Shown here piece after piece: positions 1-9,862 of a DNA stretch of 60,000 nucleotides (the stretch's first letter is position 1; every line of letters begins with the position of its first letter). Below the pieces are notes generated by a model. That model saw only the letters and a list, made by a program, of their open reading frames with translations, was not told the DNA's origin and ran no database searches. Location: assembly GCF_963921235.1 (NCBI RefSeq), contig NC_086097.1:140618001-140678000 (forward strand). Direction: 5' to 3'. This DNA is from Mobula hypostoma (lineage: Eukaryota). A program made the translations under genes and the position numbers.

Positions 1-822
1 CTCCTATACTCAATGCTCTGATTAATAAAGGCCAGCATACCAAAAGCTTTCTTCACCACCCTATCCACATGAGATTCCACCTGCAGGGAACTATGCACCA
101 TTATTCCTAGATCCCTCTGTTCTACAGCATTCTTCAATGCCCTACCATTTACCATGTATGTCCTATTTTGATTAGTCCTACCAAAATGTAGCACCTCACA
201 TTTTTCGGCATTAAACTCCATCTGCCATCTTTCAGCCCACCCTTCTAACTGTCCTAAATCTCTCTGCAAGCTTTGAAAACCTACCTCATCATCCACAACA
301 CCACCTATCTTAGTATCATCTGCATACTTACTAATCCAATTTACCACCCCATCATCCAGATCATTAATATATATGACAAACAACATTGGACCCAGTACAG
401 ATCCCTGAGGCACACTGCTACACACCATCCTCCAATCTGACACACAGTTATCCACCACTATTCTCTGGCATCTCCCATCTAGCCACTGCTGAATCCATTT
501 TATTACTTCCATATTAATGCCTAACGATTGAACCTTCCTAACTAACCTTCTGTGTGGAACCTTGTCAAAGGCCTTACTGGTCCATATAGACAACATCTAC
601 TGCTTTACCCTCGTCAACTTTCCTAGTAACCTCATCAAAAAATTCAATAAGGTTTGTCAAACATGACCTATCACGCACAAATCCATGTTGACTGTTCCCA
701 ATCAGACCCTGTCTGTCCAGATAATTATATATACCATCTCTAAGAATACTTTCCATCAATTTACCCACTACTGACGTCAAACTCACAGGCCGATAATTGC
801 CAAGTTTATTCTTAGAACCCTT
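1..822 (-). mobile_element. CR1-clade LINE ORF2 (RT) fragment
   Basis: ORF 574..849 GNYRPVSLTSVVGKLMESIL...QHGF...SCLTNLIEFF...VDVVYMD. It continues to the window edge through PQGSVLGP and KYADD-like motifs. Confidence 0.85.
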
Positions 823-2010
823 TGTGCGTGGTAGGTCATGACTAACCAATCTTATAGAGTTTTTCTAGGAAATTGCCAGGAAAGTGGATGAAGGCCGTGG
901 ATGCTGTCTACATGGACTTTAGTAAGGAATTTGACAAGGTCCAGCGTGGGAGTTCTGGTCAAGACGGTTCAGTTGCTTGGCATTCAGGGTGAGGTAGTGA
1001 ATTGGATTGGACATTGGCTTTGTGGGAGAAGCCAGAGAGTGGTAGTAGAGCCTGTCTGACTGGAGGCCTGTGACTGGTGGAGTGCCGCAGGGATCAGTGC
1101 TAGGCCCTTTGTTGTTTGTCATCCATATCAATGATCTGGATAATAGTATGGTTAACTCGATCAGCAAATTTGTGGATAACACCAAGATTGGGGATGTAGC
1201 GGACAGCAAGGAAGGCTATCATGGCTTGCAGAGGGACCTGTATCAGCTGGAAAAATGGCAGTTGAAATTTAATGCAGACAAGAGTGAGGTTTTGCACTTC
1301 GGTAGGGCCAACCAGGGTAAGTCTTACACAGTAAACAGTAGGGCACTGAGGAGTCTGGTGGAACAGAGAGATCTGAGAATACAGGTCCGTAATTCATTGA
1401 AAGTGGCACCACTGGTAGATAGGGTCATAAAGCTTTCTTATGTTTAAGTTATATAAGAGGTCTGATTTGGAGTACTGTGTGCAACTTTGGTCATCTACCT
1501 ACAGGAAAGATGTAGATAAGATTCAAAGAATGCAGAGAAAATTTACAAGGATGTTGCTGGGTCTGGAAGACCTGAGTTATAAGGAAATATTGAATAGGTT
1601 AGGGCTGTATTCTTCAGAATGTAGAAAATTGAAGGGAAATTTGATAAAGGTACACAAAATTATGAGGGGTTAGATAGGGTAAATACAAGCAGTCTTTTTC
1701 CACTGAAGTTTGATTGGGACTACAACCAGAGGTTATGCGTTAAGGATGAAAAGCAAAAAGTTCAAGGGGATCATGAGGGGAAACTTCTTCACTGAGTGGG
1801 TCATGAGAGTGTGGAATGAGATGCCAGCACAAGTGGTGCTTGCAAGCTCAATTTCAACATTTAAGAGAAGTTTGTACAGGTATATGGATAGTAGGGATAT
1901 GGAGGGCTATGGTCCCAGTGCAAGTCGACAGGAGCAGGAAGTTTAAATGGTTTTGGTATGGGCTAGATGGGCCAAACAGCTTCTTCCTGGGCTGTACTTC
2001 TCCATGAGTC
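819..2010 (+). mobile_element. CR1-clade LINE 3' fragment, joined 5'-to-5' to the previous element
   Basis: ORFs 1070..1447 (GVPQGSVLGPLLF, KFVDNTK), 1440..1673 (LEYCVQLWS) and 1710..1946 (TTTRGY..NFFT..VWN); frameshifted. Confidence 0.85.
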
Positions 2011-2036
2011 TACGTCAAAATGTAAAAAGTACTTAC

Positions 2037-2182
2037 GTAGTCCTTCACTGCCATAGGCCAGGTCAGGTGGCACTTTGATGAAGCGCCTTTCATTTACACA
2101 CATCCCTATCAGAGCTTTGTCCATCCCGGCAATCAGTCGGCCTTTGCCCACAAACACATTGTGAGTGGAACCTCGGTCATAG
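2037..2182 (-). CDS. FKBP9: FKBP9 coding exon 2 (146 nt; rest of PPIase domain 1)
   Basis: Acceptor TCTCTTCCAG (AG = 2184-2183) and donor C|GTAAGT (2036-2031). Reads (S)[48 protein letters not shown], matching FKBP9 ([23 protein letters not shown]) better than FKBP10. Phase fits exon 1. Confidence 0.92.
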
Positions 2183-2754
2183 CTGGAAGAGAAAGACCAA
2201 ATCAGGGAAACTTCAAACTCAGCCCAACAAGAGTTCAGAGATTCTTAAACCTGAGCACAGTCAAAACTTCTAATGAGTCCTTAAGGATGAAAAACAGTCA
2301 CTTCACCTAATTTAATTATCTCATACTTGAACCCCAGGTGGTTACTTTTTCATCCTAATTGACCTTGAAAAGATGGTGGTGAGCTCCCTTCCTGCAATGT
2401 TGCAGACCAAGGAGCTCCTACAATACTGATAGTGAGAAAATTCCAGGTTAGACCGGAGATGAAGAAGAACTGGCAATACATTTCCAAGTCAAGATGGCAA
2501 CCCTAGGTGGCACATGACTTGGCATCTCATTGAATCATGAGCTGTGTAGTGTTTTGCTCAGATGTCACAGAAGGTATCAAGTTCTCGGAGAGTTGCTGGG
2601 AGTTGTTTGTTACTTAAATGAGCGGATAAAATTCTGTCATACTCCTGGACGGACCTTGGATGTCAGGTAGTCACTCACTGCAGGATTCCAGCTCCTGACC
2701 TGTTATCATTGAGTTCAAATTGTTGATCCAGTTGACTTTCATGTCAGTGATGAC

Positions 2755-3060
2755 TTTCTATTCGACCAACAACAGTGGTATCATCAGCAAATTTAAATAT
2801 GGCATTAGAGCTGCGCTTAGCCTCACTATCATAAGAATAAAGCGAGTAGAACAGGGGGCTGAGCAAACAGCTTTGTGGTGAATGGGCTGGGATCTGTAAG
2901 TGAGGAACTTGAGGATCCAATTGCACAAAGAGGTAGTGAGGCCAATGTCTTGAAGCTTATTGACCAGTTTTGAGGGGATGATAGTATTCAATGCTGAGCT
3001 ATAGTCAATGAAGAGCATCCTGATGTATAGATCTTCGCTGTCCAGATGTTCCAGGGTTGC
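2755..3060 (-). mobile_element. Rex1/Babar-type LINE RT fragment
   Basis: [24 protein letters not shown] and [20 protein letters not shown]. Confidence 0.75.
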
Positions 3061-3735
3061 AGTTATTTACTATATCCAGTGCTCCTGGTGTGGCCTGTTC
3101 CATATCAGTGAGACACAACGTAAATTGGGGACCACTTCGTCAAGAAACTTCACGCTGCCACAAATGGTGGTACTTCCTGGTGGCCACCCACTTCAATTCA
3201 ACTTCCCTTTCCCATTCCAATATGTCAACCATGGCCTCCACTACTGCCAAGATAAGGCCACATTCAATCTGAAGAAACAACATCTCATATTCCACTTGTG
3301 TAGACTCCAACCTGATGGCATGAACCTCAAAATCTGTAACTTCTGGTAAATTTCTCCCCCTTCCCCTACTCTTCGTTCATTCCCCATTTTGGTTCCACTC
3401 TCATCCCTTCTCTCCTCACTTGCACATCACCCCCACCCCCCACTGCCCCTCCTCCACTCTCCTCTCCTATCAGATTTCGTCTTCTTTACTTCTTCCACCT
3501 ATCACCTCCCAGCTTCTTACTTCATCCCCTCTCCTTCAACCACCCACCTCCTCCCCACGACCTGGTTTCACCTATCACCTGCCAGCTTGTACTCTTTCCT
3601 CTCCCCCACCCCCCATCTTCTTATTTTGGCTTCTGCCCCCTTCCTTTCCAGTCCTGATAAGGATCTCAGCCCAAACGTTGACTGGTTATTTCACTCCACA
3701 GATGCTGCCTGATTTGCTGAGTTCCTCAATCATTT
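3060..3735 (+). mobile_element. Penelope-like element 3' part (GIY-YIG endonuclease remnant plus 3' repeat)
   Basis: [38 protein letters not shown] and QHLIFHLCRLQPDGMNLKICNFW. Followed by a pyrimidine tract and a degenerate hammerhead-like motif at 3649-3684. Confidence 0.75.
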
Positions 3736-3930
3736 TGTATGTGTCATATAAAAAATGCTTTAATTTAATGGTAAGATCATCAAATCCACAGTGACTTAGC
3801 TGGTTGAATTCAGAACTGGCTTGTCCATAGGAGGCAGAGGGTAGTGTGTGATGGGACTTATTGTGGCTGGAAGTCTGTGACTAATAGTGTTCCACAGGGA
3901 TCCATACTGGCACTTCTGCTATTTATTATA

Positions 3931-4228
3931 AACTCAGTGGCCACTTTATTAGGTTCAATTGTGGAACCATCTGAGCAAATGAGAGAAGGAATATAATTAT
4001 TACAAGTGACAGGGTGGGAAGAGGGTATAATTCTCTTTTGCACACCACTGTTGTAATGCGATGTTATTTGAGTTACTGTCTCCTTCCTGTCAGCTTCAAC
4101 CAGTTTGGCCATTCTCCCACAGAACTGCCGCTCACTTTTTTTATTTTTTGCATCATTCTCTGTTAACGCTAGAGACTGTTGTGTGTAAAAATCCCAAGAG
4201 ATCTGCAGCTTCTGAGATACTTAAACCA
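3931..4228 (-). mobile_element. Tc1/mariner remnant
   Basis: TIR-like end CTCAGTGGCCACTTTATTAGGT at ~3933 and transposase-like MAKLVEADRKETVTQITSHYNSGVQK. Confidence 0.65.
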
Positions 4229-4392
4229 TGGAGTATGGGGGGGAATGAGGGAGAAATCTCAATGGAGCCTGTCAAATGCTGAGGACCTGAATGGGGTGGA
4301 TGTGGAGAGTGTGTTTCCTGTGGTGGGAGTGGGGAAAACGGTCAATTAGGATGCAAAAGTAACCACCTGGGGTTCAAGAATGAGATAATTAC

Positions 4393-4532
4393 GCAGTCCT
4401 TCACTGCCATAGGCCAAGTCAGGCGGCACTTTGATGAAGCGCCTTTCATTTACACACATCCCTATGAGAGCTTTGTCCATCCCGGCAATCAGTCCGCCTT
4501 TGCCCACATTGTGAGTGAAACCCCAATCATAG
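4393..4532 (-). pseudogene. FKBP9: Duplicated FKBP9 exon 2 (140 nt; pseudo-exon or alternative exon)
   Basis: Near-identical to 2037..2182, with the same TCTCTTCCAG acceptor and a C|GTAATT donor. Reads (S)[46 protein letters not shown]: a 6-nt in-frame deletion and no stop codon. Confidence 0.85.
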
Positions 4533-4589
4533 CTGGAAGAGAAAGACTGGCAAAGGGTCCACAAACTTTTTCTTGCAACTGTGTATATG

Positions 4590-5260
4590 GCAAAAAAAAT
4601 GGCACATGGAGCTTATCTTGGCCAAATGTGAAGAGCTGCACTTTAAGATGTCAAAGGTACAGAGACACTACACTTATATCGATAAGACCTTTAACAGTGT
4701 TGATGTTCAAAGGGATGTTGGGCTCTAAGTCTTAGCTCATTGAAGTGGCTGCACAGGTTAATGGGGTGGTAAAGAAGGCACAAGGCATTATTTAAGGAAC
4801 TGAGCTCAAGTGTTGGGACACAATGTTACACCTTTCTAAAACTAGTTAGGCTGAAGCTCGAGCATTGCATTCATTTCTGATTGTATCATTACTGGAAGGA
4901 TGTGAAGGGTTTGGTGAGAGTACAGAAGAGGTTTTTATCAGGATGCTCCCTGGATTAAAGGGCATGTGCTCTAAGGGTAGGTTAGTCAAACTTCTTGGGT
5001 TGATTTCTCTGGAGTGGCAAAAGTTGAGTGGATCTGATAGAGGTTTATAAGATTACGAGTAACATGTATAGAATACCAATATCTTTTTCCCCGGAACTGA
5101 AATGTCCAATACTAAAAGCCATTCATTTAAGGTGAGAGGGGGTAAGTTCAAAGGAGATGTATGGGTGCTTGGAATGCTCTGCCAGGAGTGGTGATGGAGG
5201 CAAAAATGATAGTGATATTCAAGGGACCCCTTAGAAAGGCACATGAATGTGCAGGACATG
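4590..5260 (+). mobile_element. Degraded CR1 3' fragment (continuation of the piece at ~3780-3930)
   Basis: KWHMEL.., GVVKKAQG, FIRMLPGLKGM..GRLVKL-like motifs, heavily decayed. Confidence 0.6.
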
Positions 5261-5380
5261 AGGAAATCTGCAGATGCTAGAATTTCAAGCAACACACATA
5301 AAAATTGCAGCTGCGTTCACCAGCAATTTTTATGAATGTGCAGGAAATGGAAGGATATTGACATTGTGTTGGCTGAAAGG

Positions 5381-5770
5381 AATCAGAATCAGGTTTTTTA
5401 TCACCAGCATGTGACGTGAAATTTGTTAATTTAGCAGCAGCAATACATAATGCAATACATAATATAGATGAAAAACTAAAATAATAAGTAAATCTTATTC
5501 AGTATACTTTATACAGTATATGTATATGACATTAAAAATCGTGCAAAAAACAGAAATACTATATATTAAAAAAAGTGAGGTGGTGTCCAAGGGTTCAATG
5601 TCCATTTAGGAATCAGATGGCAGAGGGGAAGAAGCTGTTCCTGAGCTGCTGAGTGTGTGCCTTCAGGCTTCTGTACCTCCTACCTGATGGTAACAGTGAG
5701 AAAAAGGCATGCCCTGGGTGCTGGAGGTCCTTAATAATGGACGCTGCCTTTCTGAGATACTGGTCCCTGA
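5381..5770 (-). mobile_element. Rex1/Babar-type LINE 3' end with (CTGATT)n tail
   Basis: YLRKAASIIKDLQHPGHAFFSLLPSGRRYRSLKAHTQQLRNSFFPSAI. Tail AATCAGAATCAG at 5381. Same family as 27505-29397. Confidence 0.8.
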
Positions 5771-7021
5771 AGATTAGGTTAGTTGAGCATTTGGTGACTA
5801 ATTTAATTAGTTTGGCACAACATTGCAGACTGAAAGGCTTGTTCCTGTGCCATACTGCTCGATGTTCTCCCTGTGACCATCCGGTGATGCAGTTTTCTTC
5901 CACAACTGCAGGTCATTAATTCAATTATATGCATAAATTGTCTCCAGTCTGGGAGGGTGCTGAGAAGATCACAGAAAGGCAGAATGTGAAAAGTGAGAGA
6001 AAGGGTTAGAGCAAAATGAGTGAAGGTTTGGGAAAGTTGAGACTGTTACAGTATGTTGTATGGAATATGGACAACTAAGCAAGGAAGCTTATTAATGAAG
6101 TAAAGATGGTTGACACTGTCCCAAGGATCTCCTGTGGACGCCCCGAGGCTGGAATGATTAACTGAATAACCACAACTACTTTCCTTTGTGTAAGACGACT
6201 CCAACCACTGGGGTGTTTTCCCTTCGATACCCATTGACTTCAGGAATACTGAATCCCACCGTCAAATGTTGCCCTCAAGTCAAGGGAGATGTAAACAGGA
6301 TGAAATTTGCAAAGCTGGAGAACATAATTCAACTACAACCCAAGCAGCTCCCCACAGAGTCAAATTCTGTTCCCGCCCCCTAATAACAGAAAGCTGCCGC
6401 GTGGACACGGCTCAATTAACCGCTACCTTCAAATCCACATCACCGTTCTTCAGGGAGGAGACAGGGTTTTGTAAGGCTTTTGCCCCGGATCTCCTCACCT
6501 CTGGGATCTGCGCAACCCAGGGTTCCCTTCAGCCGGATCTCCACGACCCCCCGGAATCCACTCACCGCCCCCCCCACCCCGATCTCAATGGTCTCCCGGG
6601 TCCCGCGACCGCCAAAGTTGGGTACACAATCTGTGGAATCTCGTCCTATCCAATCTCGTATTTTCCCGGTCCCAGGATCAACAACTCCGATGACCTTAGC
6701 TGTCCCGAGATCTCCAAACCCTGGACCACCACGCAAGATACCCCGATCTCCAGACCAGCAGACCTGGCATCTCCTCTCCCTCAGTATCTCCTGGACCTAG
6801 GATCACCCAGGTATCGTAACCATCTCCGGGGCGCCTTGAACTCCAGAATAATCAGTTAATCCCACCCCCCATCCCCATCACTGGAGTAAAAGGCGCGGGA
6901 CCGATATCCCTTTTCGATCTCTGGATCATCAGACTGGGACACCTCCCACCACCACAACCCACCACGATCCCAGGATTAGCAGACACGGTTCTCCCGGCCC
7001 GGGCGGGTGTGAAGGCGGTAC

Positions 7022-7224
7022 CTGGAGTCGAAACCCTTTCCCCCGGCCAGGGTTCCCAGGTAATGGTAGCGGACGAAATCCCCTGGCTGCACCGCCCGTA
7101 AGCACTCCCGTGGCTCGAACCGCTTCTCCACCACCACATCATCCACCGGCACCGGGGGCGCCTTTCCCGCTACCCCGAGCAGTAACGCGACCACCAGTGT
7201 CAATTCCATCCCGCCACCCATCAT
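7022..7224 (-). CDS. FKBP9: FKBP9 coding exon 1 (signal peptide and start of PPIase domain 1)
   Basis: MMGGGMELTLVVALLLGVAGKAPPVPVDDVVVEKRFEPRECLRAVQPGDFVRYHYLGTLAGGKGFDS; donor AG|GTACC at 7021. The start codon is uncertain (in-frame ATGs at 7278, 7224, 7221, 7209). Confidence 0.9.
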
Positions 7225-7762
7225 CGACCCGGCCCGACACGACCGAGATTGACGACGTGGGCTGCAAAGCGGAGCCATCCGGGGCGAGGCTATTGTAACC
7301 CCGCCCGCGACTTCACATTGGACACAGCCGATCCAAAGTGATGGATAGGTGCAGCTGATTGGTGATCGGGATGTCAATTATCCCGCGTGGTTGTCGGGAT
7401 AGAATCCCAGAGGAGCCAAGAGATCAGCCGTCTGCCGGCGGAGTGGGGCTACCCCGGAGATCCATTCGTGCAAGGGGGTTCAATTGGCAGAGGGGGGTCC
7501 AGTGCAACGAGACAGAGATCTAGTGGCTGAAGAGGGATACAGAGGAATTAGAGCGAGAACTGAGTGGTGGAGCGGAAATCTTGTAGTGCTAGAGGGAATC
7601 CAGTCCGACTAGAGCGGACATCCACCAAAACTAGAATAGGGATCCATCGGCAAAGTGGAGATCCAGTAGGGGCCCAGTGGCGCTGGTAGAGCGGATCAGG
7701 GATCAAGCGGGGATACAGCGGCCGTCGAGCAGTGATTGAGCGGCAAGGCGGGTTCAGACGGG
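7225..7762. promoter_or_regulatory. Putative bidirectional CpG-island promoter and 5' UTRs of FKBP9 and CRTAP
   Basis: 538 bp between divergent ATGs, inside a CpG-rich block (~6400-8250). GC box CCCCGCCC at 7299-7306; ATTGG (CCAAT) at 7317, 7358 and 7483; GACGTGG at 7254-7260. Confidence 0.75.
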
Positions 7763-8209
7763 ATGCGGCCGGACGCTATTTTTACCCTGCTCCTGGTGTG
7801 CTGTGGCGCGGGGCTCGCCCAGTATGAGAAGTATAGTTTCCGCAGCTTCCCGCGGGACGAGCTGATGCCGCTGGAATCGGCTTATCGACACGCACTGGAT
7901 CAGTACACGGCAGAGAACTGGCAGGAGTGCGTGGAGTTCCTGGAGATGAGCCTGAGACTCCACCGCTTGCTTCGAGACAGTGAGGCTTTTTGCAACCTCA
8001 ACTGCAGCACGGTGCGGTCCCAAGAACCCTCTCACTTCGGCCGCTTCACCGAGCTGCATCTCTTTAGCAACATCATGAGCCGAGCCCAGTGCCTGAGGAG
8101 ATGCAAGCAAGGACTGCCCGCCTTTCGCCAGTCCCAGCCCAGCCGGGAGACGCTGGAGGAGTTCGAGAAGCGCGAAGTCTACAAGTTTCTCCAGTTTGCC
8201 TACTTTAAG
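7763..8209 (+). CDS. CRTAP: CRTAP exon 1 (cartilage-associated protein)
   Basis: ATG 7763; signal peptide, then [29 protein letters not shown]...SEAFCNLNC...[18 protein letters not shown]...KFLQFAYFK; donor AAG|GTGAGA. Confidence 0.96.
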
Positions 8210-8410
8210 GTGAGAGAGTGAGTTAGAACAAAACTCAACGGTGTTCCCAGAGATCTGTGACCAAGCGTGGAAAGAAGGTGGGGGGGGGAGGGGGGAAAGA
8301 AGAAGGCGTATCCGGCGGTCCTTCCCCCCTCCCCCCATAGATACCTTTGTGCATGTCCGCCTGGACTGTAAGTGGACCCTTAGATATAGAGACCAGATGG
8401 CACTGAGCAT

Positions 8411-9862
8411 GTTACAAGAAAAAGTTTGTGAACCCTTTACAATATAATTACTCATAAAATGTGGCCTTATCTTCATGTATGTTACAATAATAGACAAGCA
8501 CAATCTGCTTAAACTAATAACAAGCAATTGTACTTTTCAGCTCTTTATTGAATGCATTGTTTCATCATTCATAGTCCAGACTGGAAAAGTATGTGAACCC
8601 TTGTATTTAATAACTGGTAGAACCTCCTTTAGCAGCAATAACCTCCATCAAGTGTTTCCTGTGGCTGCTGATCAGACTTGCACAACAGCGGGGAAGAAGT
8701 TTAGACCATTCCTCCAGACCAAACTGTTCCAGGGATACCTTGCATGAACAGCCCTTTTCAAGTCATGCCTCAGTATCTCAATTAGATTAAGGTCTGGATT
8801 CTGACTTGGCCATTACAGAACATGCATTTTCTTCTTTAAGCTATTCTACTGTTGATTTACTCATGTTTCAGATCATTGTTTTGTTGCATCATCCAACTTC
8901 TATTAAGCTTCAGGTGATGGACCACCACCCTGACGTTCTCCTGTAAAATGTCTCGATATGATTTTTAATCCATTGTTGTCTCAACAATTGCAAGCTGTCC
9001 AAGCCCAAGGCAGCAAAGCAGCCCCAAATGTTGATGCTTCTTTACCATGCTTCACAGTTGGGATGTGATTTTGCTGTTCGTGTGCAGAGCCCTTTCTCCT
9101 GCAAATATTTCTGCCAAGAAGTTAAACTTTTGTCTCATCTGTTCACTAAGCATTGTCCCAGAAGCACTGTGGAACACCCAGGTGGTCTTTTGCAAATCTG
9201 AGATGTGCAGCAGTGTTTGTTTTTGGAGAGCAGTGGTTTCCTCCATGGTGTCCTTCCATGAACACCATTCTTGTTCAGTGTTTTACATACAGAAGACACA
9301 TGACCAGAGACTTTAGCAAGTTATAGAGATTTCTGCAGGTCTTTTAATCTTACCCTTAGGTTCTTTTTCACCTCTTTCATCATTGCACATTGTGCTCTTT
9401 GCAGGATGCCCACTCCTAGGGAGAGTAGCAATGATACTGAACTTCCTCCATTTGTAGACAGTCTTTCTTGCTATAGACTGATGAAAAGTCTTTAGAAAGT
9501 TTTTATAGCCTTTTCCAGCTTCTTGCATCCGTACAATTCTTCTAAGGTCCTCTGAAAGTTGTTTTCAGAGGAATTTAGAAGATTGGGGACTTCCAATCTC
9601 ATCTCCTTGATTGGAATACCTGGCCCCAAGTATCTTTTGTGGAAGGCATTACCCTAGAAGTTGACATACCTTTTTTTGGACCTAGACTGAGATTGTTTAA
9701 ATGGTGCATTCAGTATCAATGAGAAGTACAATTGTGTGTGTCATTAGTTCAGGAAGATTGTGTTAGTCTATTATTGGGACAGGTGAAGATAAGACCACAT
9801 TATGAGTAATTATTGCAGAAGACCAGGTAATTGCAAAGGGTTCACAAACTTTTTCTTGCAAC
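8411..9862 (-). mobile_element. Tc1-family DNA transposon with both TIRs and a decayed transposase
   Basis: Left end GTTACAAGAAAAAGTTTGTGAACCCTTT is the reverse complement of the right end AAAGGGTTCACAAACTTTTTCTTGCAAC; the inverted match extends inward (ATAATTACTCATAA..GTGG). Transposase N-terminus EAGKGYK..HQS..VYKWRKF..TLPRSGHPAK. Confidence 0.88.

Noticed and set aside
6266..6859. 197-aa Pro-rich ORF and overlapping ORFs in FKBP9 intron 1
   Set aside because: GC-rich low-complexity CpG-island flank with ORFs in several frames and no homology evidence.
7736..7762. N-terminal extensions of CRTAP (from 7736) and FKBP9 (from 7377) in the ORF track
   Set aside because: Both start at TTG. The signal peptides follow the downstream ATGs.
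7754..8527. 257-aa antisense ORF over CRTAP exon 1
   Set aside because: Shadow ORF of GC-rich coding sequence that starts inside a Tc1 TIR; no recognisable domain.
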